A stretch of 64,000 bases of DNA from an uncultured Armatimonadetes bacterium (GTDB lineage Bacteria > Armatimonadota > UBA5829 > DTJY01). This document shows, piece after piece, positions 50,849 to 59,215 of this stretch. The stretch is from positions 4,704,001 through 4,768,000 of the forward strand of contig OY970325.1 of the NCBI GenBank assembly GCA_963717145.1, given 5' to 3'. A program made the translations under genes and the position numbers. The notes under the pieces are model-generated. The model did no database searches. It saw only the letters and a list, made by a program, of their open reading frames with translations, and was not told where the DNA came from. Each line of letters begins with the position of its first letter. The first letter of the stretch is position 1.

Positions 50849-51067
50849 TTAGCTTCTCCACTCGGAGTCTGGGATCTCCGCATTGGAGAGGATTGCGTGT
50901 AGTGTACCAGCAGGCAAGACGCGTCCCGCATGCTCGGGGACAGTTACCTGCAGATGCCGCGCGGGATGCCGCCACTTGCGATGGCTGCCCTTCTGCGACA
51001 CAAGCCGGAAGTCGTGACGGCGAAGGATAGCCTCGACCTCACGGCTTGTCATGTGCCGGATACCCAT
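50849..51067 (-). CDS. hicA: HicA family toxin
   Basis: QKGSH, VTVPEH and GTLHAIL motifs. Confidence 0.9.
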   Translation of the reverse strand: MGIRHMTSREVEAILRRHDFRLVSQKGSHRKWRHPARHLQVTVPEHAGRVLPAGTLHAILSNAEIPDSEWRS

Positions 51068-51267
51068 CAGGCGGCGACCTCTCGAATGATCGAGCCAGGT
51101 TCCAGGTCGATCGGATCGGGCTGCAGGTACAGAGCGATGGCCTCCCGGATGTTGTCCATCGCTTCTTCCTCAGTCCGTCCGGCGGACGCACACCCCGGCA
51201 ACTCCGGGACCCAGATCGCCCAGTCGCCGGTCTCGGAATCTTGCTCCAGTACAACTCTCCAAGTCAT
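51067..51267 (-). CDS. hicB: HicB family antitoxin
   Basis: VPELPGCASAGRTEEEAMDNIREAIALYL. Confidence 0.9.
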   Translation of the reverse strand: MTWRVVLEQDSETGDWAIWVPELPGCASAGRTEEEAMDNIREAIALYLQPDPIDLEPGSIIREVAA

Positions 51268-51479
51268 TGTTGCACCTCTTTCCTACTCAGACGGAGGTCT
51301 ATCTCAAAAGGTTCAGCGGTTTCCAGGAACAGCTCAACTGCTTCGTTAAGGTTGCCCTGAGCTTCTTCAGGGGTGCTCCCTTGACTGGCGATATCGAACT
51401 CAGGGCAGAGCGCGACGTACGTATCGCCTTCGCGCTCAATCACCACTGCCAGTTGTCTGTTGCGCACCTCATAGCTCAC
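51264..51479 (-). CDS. Second HicB-like antitoxin, no adjacent cognate toxin
   Basis: YVALCPEFDIASQGSTPEEA..NL.EAVELFLE. Confidence 0.8.
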   Translation of the reverse strand: MSYEVRNRQLAVVIEREGDTYVALCPEFDIASQGSTPEEAQGNLNEAVELFLETAEPFEIDLRLSRKEVQQ

Positions 51480-51682
51480 AGTCGGCCCGCCTGCTTCAGC
51501 TCGGACTGAACCTCCTCATAGGGCTTCGACCCAGTCGAGGTTCGTCTGGCCTCATCGAGTTCGAGCGCATCCTCCAAGTCCTCCAGGCGTTCCATGAGCC
51601 GGCGGTACTCGCGCACAGGGAGTACCACAGCGGTCTTCCGTCCTCGCTCATCGATCAAGTACTTCTCGCGCACCTTGAGCAT
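51476..51682 (-). CDS. Orphan type II antitoxin-like protein
   Basis: DERGRKTAVVLPVREYRRLMERLEDLED pattern typical of RelE/ParE-partner antitoxins. Confidence 0.65.
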   Translation of the reverse strand: MLKVREKYLIDERGRKTAVVLPVREYRRLMERLEDLEDALELDEARRTSTGSKPYEEVQSELKQAGRL

Positions 51683-51684
51683 TC

Positions 51685-54645
51685 TTACTCTCCCTCATCC
51701 TTCAAGCAGCAGCGTTTGTACTTCTTCCCGCTTCCGCAGGGACACGGGTCGTTCCGGCCGACTTTGGCGCGCGTCTTCATCGGCGCCAGCTTCCTCGGGC
51801 GGGGCAGCCCCTCGTCGAAGTCGCTGTACGGCCCCGGCTCGTCGAACCCCTGGGCCGGAGACGGCGCACCCATCGGTGTCAACTCGCTCGTGTTCATGCT
51901 CACGTTTCGATACGGATTCCGATATGGCTCGTTGACGACCTGCACCTGCACGCGGAACATCCACCGAACGATCTCGTCCTGGATGCCCTGCTGCATCTGG
52001 TCGAACATCTCGAAGCCTTCCTTCTTGTAGGCCATCAGCGGGTCGATCTGCGCATATCCACGCAGGCCGATGCCCTCCAGAAGGTAGTCCATCCCGTCCA
52101 GGTGCTCGAGCCACTTGTTGTCGATCGCGCGGAAGGCGATCTGGCGCTCCAGGTCGCGCATCAACTCCGAGCCGATCTGCTTCTCGCGGTCCTCGTAGGC
52201 CTTCTCCGCAAGCTCGGTGAGCAGGTCCTCGATCTCGAGCCGCCTCTTGCCGTGCAAATCTGTGGCACTGATGTAGAGCGAGAGTGGGAATATCTCGTTC
52301 AGCATCTCGAACAGCGTGTCGGTATCCCAATCGCTCGAACTCTCGGGGCAGTACGTGGCGATCGTGTCGAGCACCGTCTGGTTCAGATAGCTCGTGATCG
52401 TCGGCTTGAGGTCCCTGCCCTCCAGGATCTTCCTGCGCTCGCCGTAGATGATCTCGCGCTGGACGTTCATCACGTCGTCGTACTGGAGGACCTGCTTTCG
52501 GATGCCGAAGTGGTAGGTCTCCATCTTCTTCTGCGTGCGCTCGATCATCCTCGAGAGCAGCTTGGCGTCCATCGCCATCTCCTCCGGCCACGACGCGAGC
52601 CACGGGCTCTGCATCCGATCGCCGAACACCCGCCATAGCTCATCTTCCAGCGAGACATAGAACCGCGACATGCCCGGGTCGCCCTGACGACCGGCACGTC
52701 CTCTGAGCTGATGGTCGATTCGCCGGCTCTCATGCCGCTCGCTGCCCAAAATCGCCAGACCGCCGGTCCCGACGACCACATCGGCCTCGGGATTCCGGCC
52801 GGTCGAGCCCTCGGGCTTCCCGCCGAGGATGATGTCGACGCCACGGCCCGCCATGTTGGTGGCGATCGTCACCGCGCCGAGTCCTCCGGCGTCTGCGATG
52901 ATCTCCGCCTCGCGCTCGTGCTGTTTCGCATTCAAAACGTTATGCCCGATGCCCTGCGAGAGGTTCTCGAGCAGTCTCTCGATCTCCTCAGGCGCATCGA
53001 GTTCCATGATCTTCGCGAGCCGCTTCACGTTATCGTCCCTGAGCATATCGAGCGATGCGCCAACCGACCGCGCGACCTCGGACAGCTTGCTGAGGGTAAG
53101 CTCGCCGAACTTCAGGTTCAGAAGCTGATTGAACTGCTTCTTCATTTCGCCGTCGAAATTCTTCGACTCATCCATCATCGAGCGGAGGACGAAAATCGCC
53201 GCCAGAAGCTGCAGTTTGTCGGCTTCGATCCGCCCGCTCAGGCGTTCCGATGTCTCGATAGAGCGAGTGCCGACCAGTATCGGCTGGAGCTTGCAGTGGA
53301 GCTTCAGGATCTCGAGCGTCAGCCCGCGGAGCTTCGCCTCTTCGGACTTGTAGATCACGTCCGGGTAGTCGGCGCGGACCATCGGCATGTTCGTCGGGAC
53401 GACGACCACGTCGAGGCCGTAGATCTTGCGGAACTCCTCTTCCTCGGTCTTGGCCGTACCGGTCATGCCGCCGAGCTTAGTGTAGAGGCGGTAATAATTC
53501 TGGTGAGTGATCTTCGCGAGCGTCTGGCTCTCGTGCTCGATCTTGACGCCTTCCTTCGCCTCGATTGCCTGGTGGAGGCCGTCGCTGAGCCGGCGTCCGA
53601 ACATCAGGCGGCCGGTGAACTCATCGACGAGGATGACCTGATTGTCGCGCACGACGTAATCTATGTCGCTCTTGAACATCGTCCGCGCCTTGAGGGCCGC
53701 GTTGGCGTGGTGCATCAGGTCCACATCCTCGGTGAGGTTGTCGACGCCGAGCGCCTCTTCGACGCGCCGGGTGCCGTCCTCGGTCAGCATCGCGGTCTTG
53801 GCCTTCTCATCGATGGTGTAGTCGCGCTCGTGCATCAGGCGCGCCACGACCCTGTCCATCTTGTAGTACATCTCGTTCGATTCGGCGGCCTGCCCCGAGA
53901 TGATCAACGGGACGCGCGCTTCGTCGACCAGGATCGAGTCCACCTCGTCGACGATCGCGTAGTTCAACTCGCGCTGAACGAGTTCCTCCTTGGAATGGGC
54001 CATGTTGTCGCGCAGGTAGTCGAACCCGAAGACGTGGTTCGTGCCATAGGTGATGTCGGCCAGATAGGATTCCTGCTTGTCACATCGTTTCAGGTTGCGG
54101 TAGGTCGGCTCGTCCTCGTTGAAGTAGTCCGGGTCGTAGAGGTACGATGCCTCCATCTCGCCGGTCTCGATATTCGACCCCTGGATCGCGCCGACGCTCA
54201 TCCCGAGGAAGTTATAGACGCCGCCCATCCACTGAGCGTGGAATTTGCCGAGGTAGTCGTTGACCGTGATCAGGTGCGCGCCCTTGCCTTCGAGGGCGTT
54301 CAGATACAGCGGGAGAGTAGCCGTAAGGGTCTTTCCCTCACCGGTTCTCATCTCCGCGATACGCCCCTCATGGAGCACCATGCCGCCGATCATCTGCACG
54401 TCGAAATGCCTCTGCCCGATGACGCGTCTGGCCGCCTCCCTGACGGTCGCGAACGCCTCCGGGAGGATGTCATCGAGCGTCTCTTCGTTGGCGAGTCGGC
54501 CCTTGAACTCTTCCGTCTTGGCCCGAAGTTGGTCGTTCGAGAGCGCCTCCATCTCCGGTTCGAGGTCGTTGATCTTCTCCGCGACCTTCCGGAACCGCCC
54601 GACTTCGCGCTCGTTGCTGCTGAAAATCCAGTTTAGAACATTCAT
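51685..54645 (-). CDS. secA: Preprotein translocase subunit SecA
   Basis: MRTGEGKT, DEVDSIL, ATNMAGRGVDI, QLRGRAGRQGDPG and SEC-C GRNDPCPCGSGKKYKRCC motifs. Confidence 0.98.
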   Translation of the reverse strand: MNVLNWIFSSNEREVGRFRKVAEKINDLEPEMEALSNDQLRAKTEEFKGRLANEETLDDILPEAFATVREAARRVIGQRHFDVQMIGGMVLHEGRIAEMRTGEGKTLTATLPLYLNALEGKGAHLITVNDYLGKFHAQWMGGVYNFLGMSVGAIQGSNIETGEMEASYLYDPDYFNEDEPTYRNLKRCDKQESYLADITYGTNHVFGFDYLRDNMAHSKEELVQRELNYAIVDEVDSILVDEARVPLIISGQAAESNEMYYKMDRVVARLMHERDYTIDEKAKTAMLTEDGTRRVEEALGVDNLTEDVDLMHHANAALKARTMFKSDIDYVVRDNQVILVDEFTGRLMFGRRLSDGLHQAIEAKEGVKIEHESQTLAKITHQNYYRLYTKLGGMTGTAKTEEEEFRKIYGLDVVVVPTNMPMVRADYPDVIYKSEEAKLRGLTLEILKLHCKLQPILVGTRSIETSERLSGRIEADKLQLLAAIFVLRSMMDESKNFDGEMKKQFNQLLNLKFGELTLSKLSEVARSVGASLDMLRDDNVKRLAKIMELDAPEEIERLLENLSQGIGHNVLNAKQHEREAEIIADAGGLGAVTIATNMAGRGVDIILGGKPEGSTGRNPEADVVVGTGGLAILGSERHESRRIDHQLRGRAGRQGDPGMSRFYVSLEDELWRVFGDRMQSPWLASWPEEMAMDAKLLSRMIERTQKKMETYHFGIRKQVLQYDDVMNVQREIIYGERRKILEGRDLKPTITSYLNQTVLDTIATYCPESSSDWDTDTLFEMLNEIFPLSLYISATDLHGKRRLEIEDLLTELAEKAYEDREKQIGSELMRDLERQIAFRAIDNKWLEHLDGMDYLLEGIGLRGYAQIDPLMAYKKEGFEMFDQMQQGIQDEIVRWMFRVQVQVVNEPYRNPYRNVSMNTSELTPMGAPSPAQGFDEPGPYSDFDEGLPRPRKLAPMKTRAKVGRNDPCPCGSGKKYKRCCLKDEGE

Positions 54646-54680
54646 AGTATTAGATCATAGCCTGCTTTCGTAAACGGCTA

Positions 54681-54709
54681 ATTCTACCACTTGAGGGCCA
54701 TATTGTCAA
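54681..54709 (-). promoter_or_regulatory. Predicted sigma70 promoter of secA
   Basis: TTGACA, 17 nt, TAGAAT, with an extended -10 TG. Confidence 0.8.
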
Positions 54710-54714
54710 AGCCG

Positions 54715-56076
54715 CGAATTGCTTCACGAACGATGTTACCGAAACGGAAACGTTGCCTCAGATAAGAATGTTACCGAAACTGAGGCATGGAGAAGATGAC
54801 AACTGCATCCGTAAGAGAAGTCGTGAGGCGCAAACGCAAAGAATATGGCAAAGCCACCAAATCGGAGAAGAAGCTGGTATTGAGTGAAGTCCAGGGATTG
54901 ACCGGTTACCACAGGAAGTCGCTGGTGAGGCTGTTCGCGAAAGGAGTTCCACCAGCGAGGAGTCCAGTGAGACGCGCAAGGAAGTCGAAATACGAGCCGA
55001 TAGCCCACAAGCTGAAGACACTCTGGGCTGCGAGTTTCTACGCGTGCGGTAAGCGTCTGCAGCCGTTTCTGACTGAGTTTCTACCCATACTGGAGTCATT
55101 CGGGGAGATAACGGTTACACCAGAAGAAGAGAGGCTGCTTAACTCGATCAGCGCGTCGAGCATCGACAGGTTGATGAAGAAGGAGCGGTCTGCCCTATCG
55201 CTAACAGGGAGGACCTTAACAAAGCCGGGGACACTGCTTCGGTCTCAGATCCCGGTGAGGACGTTTGCCAACTGGGATGAAGCTGAGCCTGGGTTCTTCG
55301 AGATGGACTTGGTGGGTCATTGCGGAGGTGACGGGAGCGGAGAGTTCCTGTATACTTTGACTATGACTGATGTAGCGACCGGATGGGTAGCGCTTGATGG
55401 AATGAAAGGCCGAGGGGAGCACGGAACCGTGCTTGCGGTGCAGTCCGCGTCCAAGAGCGCACCGTTTGCAGTCAGAGGCATAGATACCGACAACGGCGGC
55501 GAGTTCATCAACCATCACATGAACAAGTACTGTCGAGCGCACAGGATCACGTTTACGCGCAGTCGGCCTTACAAGAAGAACGATCAATGTCATGTAGAGC
55601 AGAAGAACTGGAGCGTAGTCCGGCAGTTTATAGGTTACCGGCGATTCGAGACGGACGAGCAGCTTGCGGTACTAAAGGCGATATATCCGCTGATCGTGGC
55701 GTATCACAACTTCTGTCAGCCCATGATGCGTCTTAAAGAAAAGGAGCGGATTGGGAGTAAAGTGATCAAACGCTATGAGCCTGCGATGACGCCGTACCGC
55801 AAGCTGATAAGTGTTGAAGGATGGCTTGACGATGAAGCAAAGGATCGCCTCGATAAAGAACGTAGAGCGACGAACCCGGTGGAGCTACTAAGACGCATCC
55901 ACAGGCTATCATCAAAGCTTGACAGGATGCCGAACAAAGACAGATCGAAAGCGAGCAAGGCGCGGCCCTGAGCGGCGATCAAGAGCCGATCTGACATACT
56001 TGAACACACTACTTGGTAACATTATCAATGACGCAACGAATGGCGTTTCGGTAACAAAGTTAAATGAGGCAACACG
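54715..56076 (+). mobile_element. 1362-bp integrase-core IS, copy 2
   Basis: 5-bp target duplication agccg (54710-54714 and 56077-56081); differs from copy 1 at least at 55270, 55935 and 56060. Confidence 0.92.
54787..55971 (+). CDS. Integrase-core DDE transposase
   Basis: Same protein as 24420..25604 except one D-to-N change (FADWD to FANWD). Confidence 0.9.
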   Translation: MEKMTTASVREVVRRKRKEYGKATKSEKKLVLSEVQGLTGYHRKSLVRLFAKGVPPARSPVRRARKSKYEPIAHKLKTLWAASFYACGKRLQPFLTEFLPILESFGEITVTPEEERLLNSISASSIDRLMKKERSALSLTGRTLTKPGTLLRSQIPVRTFANWDEAEPGFFEMDLVGHCGGDGSGEFLYTLTMTDVATGWVALDGMKGRGEHGTVLAVQSASKSAPFAVRGIDTDNGGEFINHHMNKYCRAHRITFTRSRPYKKNDQCHVEQKNWSVVRQFIGYRRFETDEQLAVLKAIYPLIVAYHNFCQPMMRLKEKERIGSKVIKRYEPAMTPYRKLISVEGWLDDEAKDRLDKERRATNPVELLRRIHRLSSKLDRMPNKDRSKASKARP

Positions 56077-56306
56077 AGCCGACCGCCTGTGCCACATGCT
56101 TATCTACGCCTGGTGGTACCGTCCGGTTCCACCGTGTGCCGGGCGACTGAAGTCACGGCTACAAGAGCACGAAGTGTCCCTGCGGACACTGGAGACAGGG
56201 GACACCAGTCCGCGGAGGTGGCCTTCGTGCACTTGTTGCCGCGGTTTCAACCGCCAGGGACCTGATGCCGTACCTGTACTATATGACACGCGAGCCCGAC
56301 GTTTGG

Positions 56307-56334
56307 TTGACATTACCCAGAGCGGATGTATAAT
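56307..56334 (+). promoter_or_regulatory. Predicted sigma70 promoter
   Basis: TTGACA, 16 nt, TATAAT upstream of the ANT(6)-family gene. Confidence 0.7.
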
Positions 56335-56371
56335 GGCTGAGAAGCCGTGCAGGAAGTGTGAGGTAGGGAAG

Positions 56372-57334
56372 ATGCGATCTGACTACGAGAATGCAATCAT
56401 CCGGAAGTTCATCGAGTTTGGGGAGAGGAATGATCCGGTCAGGGCCATGGTGCTGACCAGCTCCCTCTGCAATCCCAATGCGCCTGCCGACATACTCTCG
56501 GACTTTGATATCGAGATCTTTTTCGAGGACCCAACGCCCTTTGCTGAGAGAGACGACTGGATCGAAGAGATGGGTTTCGGCCCCATCATGGCTCTCTGGC
56601 ACTTTCCGAACGAGTGGGACTGGGAGCCGGGCAACGGCCGCCACTGGATGCCCATGTGCTACTTCCAGGATGGCACGAAGATGGATATCTGTCTGGGATA
56701 CCTGGACGACCTGCGCGCGATCGCCAAGGCGGATTCTCTACCCAAGGGCTATGATGTCGGCTACGAGGTGCTGCTGGACAAAGACGGCGTGACCCAGGGC
56801 ATGAAGCCCCCGACCTTCACGGCATTCATCCTGAAGCCTCCCTCCGAACCTCAGTATCAATCGAGAATCGAGTCGTTTTGGATGGATTCCACTTATGCTG
56901 CGAAATACCTCTGGAGGGACGACATCGTGGCCGTGAAGTTCAGGTTGGGCTTCCCGGACAACAAGTTCGGCGGTCTGGCAGGTTACGTCCGCGAGATGCT
57001 CGAGTGGTCAGTCGGAGCGGACAGCGGCTGGACGTGGAAACCGAAGTCATGCGGCAGACACCTGGACAAAGCGCTGGATGCCGAGATGCGCCGGGAGATG
57101 ATAGCCACCTATGCCGGCGGAGACATGGATGAGCTGTGGGAGTCGCTTTTCCGCACGACCGCGCTCTTCCGCAAGGCAGCCATCAAGGTCGGGGAGCACC
57201 TGGGATACACCTATCCCCATGACCTCGACCGCCGGGTCTCTGCCTTCCACCAGACGCTCAGAGATCTGGACAAGTCTGCCACGAGAGAGGAACTGGCCGA
57301 CCTCCTGTCTGCAAGTTACGAGAGTCGCCGCTAG
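56372..57334 (+). CDS. Aminoglycoside 6-adenylyltransferase (AadK/ANT(6)) family protein
   Basis: VRAMVLTSS..NPNAPADILSDFDIE, DGTKMD, VLLDKDG, FW....AKYLWR and LGYTYP motifs. Confidence 0.8.
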   Translation: MRSDYENAIIRKFIEFGERNDPVRAMVLTSSLCNPNAPADILSDFDIEIFFEDPTPFAERDDWIEEMGFGPIMALWHFPNEWDWEPGNGRHWMPMCYFQDGTKMDICLGYLDDLRAIAKADSLPKGYDVGYEVLLDKDGVTQGMKPPTFTAFILKPPSEPQYQSRIESFWMDSTYAAKYLWRDDIVAVKFRLGFPDNKFGGLAGYVREMLEWSVGADSGWTWKPKSCGRHLDKALDAEMRREMIATYAGGDMDELWESLFRTTALFRKAAIKVGEHLGYTYPHDLDRRVSAFHQTLRDLDKSATREELADLLSASYESRR

Positions 57335-57394
57335 CGCCCGTTGCATCCACGCACTCGTTCCGCTATACTGGATCCCTCGAAGGCGGTGGCACGC

Positions 57395-57925
57395 ATGAAC
57401 GCACTCATCGCGGCCGGGCTGTTCGCGATCATCGCGACAGGCGACACATCATCTCGTCGAATCCGTATCCGAGGTAGCCTGATGGAGCGAAGCTCGCGAA
57501 CAAGTCTTGCCCAACTCGGTCTCGATGTGCTCATTCTGCTGCTGGCCGTCTGCGTCACGGCGGGCACGTCACTGGCGGTCTATATCGTGTTCGATCTCAT
57601 CGCGAGTGGGCGGGACGGCTCGTGGGAGGGCCTGTTGCTGTCACCTCACCTGGAGTTGTGGATTCTGGGGAGTGTGCTCGTGGGGCTGCTCGCAGGTGGA
57701 TTTGTGCTTGGCGCATATGCCCGACGCCCGTGGCTTCTGGGGACGATGCTTCCAGTCGCGTTCGTGGCGGCGGTGCTGCCATTCGCGCTGCCGGTCGTCA
57801 GACACCCCGACTTCATTGGTCTTCAGCCGGTGACCTGGGTTGCTGGGTTGGCCACCATTCCATTTGCCGGCTTGGCGGGCGTCGCTCTGGCTCGACGGCG
57901 TGACAGAACGGCTGTCCAGAAGTGA
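57395..57925 (+). CDS. Hypothetical membrane protein; start at 57395 or 57482
   Basis: Four hydrophobic segments; N-terminus duplicated from the downstream gene. Confidence 0.6.
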   Translation: MNALIAAGLFAIIATGDTSSRRIRIRGSLMERSSRTSLAQLGLDVLILLLAVCVTAGTSLAVYIVFDLIASGRDGSWEGLLLSPHLELWILGSVLVGLLAGGFVLGAYARRPWLLGTMLPVAFVAAVLPFALPVVRHPDFIGLQPVTWVAGLATIPFAGLAGVALARRRDRTAVQK

Positions 57926-58067
57926 TAGCCATGCAGCCCCTCCTGCTCCCTTCGCTCTTCCGTCTCACACGCCCCCCATTCGAGTACGATTAGGAGTACG
58001 AGCACGAGCGCCCGTTGCATCAACATCCTCGTTCCGCTATACTGATTCCCTGGAAGGCGGTGGCCCT

Positions 58068-59087
58068 ATGAACATGCTCATCGCGGCCGGGATACTCGCG
58101 ATCATCGCAGCGGTCCCGGCGACTAACGATAATAAGGAAACCAAGCCCATGCTGGATGCGAAATCCCCCGAGTTCTGGAAACTCGTCCCCAAGGACGCCG
58201 TGGTCGAGAAGGTCGCGGACGGATTCCATTTCACCGAAGGCCCGCTCTGGAGCAAGGCCGGATTCCTGGTCTTCAGCGACATCCCCGGCGACAACATCGT
58301 GAAGGTTACGTGGGACAAGGCCGGGAAGCCGGAGGTCGGCGTCCACCGCAAGGTGAGCGGCAACTCGAACGGCCTGACCTACGACATGCAGGGCCGCCTC
58401 GTCGCCTGCGAGCACGGAAACCGCCGGGTCACGCGCGAGGAGAAGGACGGCACGATCACCGTCCTCGCGTCGCACTTCGAGGCCGGCGCAGAGGCACGGC
58501 CACTACAGGCCGGCGCAGAGGCACGGCCACTACAGGGGAAGCGGCTCAACAGCCCGAACGATGTCGTCGTGAAGTCCGACGGCAGCATCTACTTCACCGA
58601 TCCGCCCTACGGATGCCCCGATCCTCAGCGCGAAATCAAGTTCCAGGGCGTCTTCCGCCTCTCGCCCGACGGGAAGCTCACCGTCGTGGCGGACGACTTC
58701 GACCGTCCGAACGGCCTCACGTTTTCGCCCGATGAGAAGACGCTCTACATCGCAGATTCGTCCTCCCGCCTGCATATTCGCGCGTTCGACGTGAAGCCCG
58801 ACGGCACGCTGGCGAACGGCCGCGTCTTCGTCAAGATGGATATCGGCGAGCCGGGCGGCCCCGACGGCATGAAGGTCGACGAGAAGGGCAACCTGTGGAC
58901 GACCGGCCAGGGCGGGGTATGGGTGCTCGACCCCAAGGGCAAGCTGCTCGGCATCATTCGCGTGCCCGAGTTGCCGGCGAACTGTGCGTGGGGCGACAAG
59001 GACGGAAAGACGCTGTATATGACCGCGCGCACCGGCCTGTACCGCATCCGAACGAGCGCGAAGGGCGTCAGGCCGTGGATGAAGTGA
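58068..59087 (+). CDS. SMP-30/gluconolactonase family protein with an 18-aa REP-derived insertion
   Basis: FTEGP, SNGL, LNSPND, PNGL.FSPD and PDGMKVD motifs; AGAEARPLQ twice. Confidence 0.92.
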   Translation: MNMLIAAGILAIIAAVPATNDNKETKPMLDAKSPEFWKLVPKDAVVEKVADGFHFTEGPLWSKAGFLVFSDIPGDNIVKVTWDKAGKPEVGVHRKVSGNSNGLTYDMQGRLVACEHGNRRVTREEKDGTITVLASHFEAGAEARPLQAGAEARPLQGKRLNSPNDVVVKSDGSIYFTDPPYGCPDPQREIKFQGVFRLSPDGKLTVVADDFDRPNGLTFSPDEKTLYIADSSSRLHIRAFDVKPDGTLANGRVFVKMDIGEPGGPDGMKVDEKGNLWTTGQGGVWVLDPKGKLLGIIRVPELPANCAWGDKDGKTLYMTARTGLYRIRTSAKGVRPWMK

Positions 59088-59095
59088 GACGCCCT

Positions 59096-59195
59096 CAAAC
59101 CCGTTGGGCCGATGTAGTGGCCGTGCCTCCGTGCCGGCCAGTGGCGTCGCAGGCCGGCACGGAGGCACGGCCACTACATCGGCCCAACGGGTTTG
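59096..59195. repeat. Family-C REP palindrome
   Basis: 44-bp perfect arms around a 12-nt loop. Confidence 0.92.
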
Positions 59196-59215
59196 GATTG
59201 TCCAGGAGTGATCGG

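Noticed and set aside
52711-54636. Long antisense ORFs (e.g. 641 aa opposite secA, 521 aa at 60242..61807, 499 aa at 28152..29651, 485 aa at 6442..7899)
   Set aside because: These are shadow ORFs expected from high-GC codon bias opposite clear genes, with no motifs.
55919-56371. N-terminal extensions in the ORF track (also 25552..26250, 11881..12072, 27249..27635, 58895..59215)
   Set aside because: They run through IS ends, REP elements or upstream genes, and better starts or family N-termini lie downstream.
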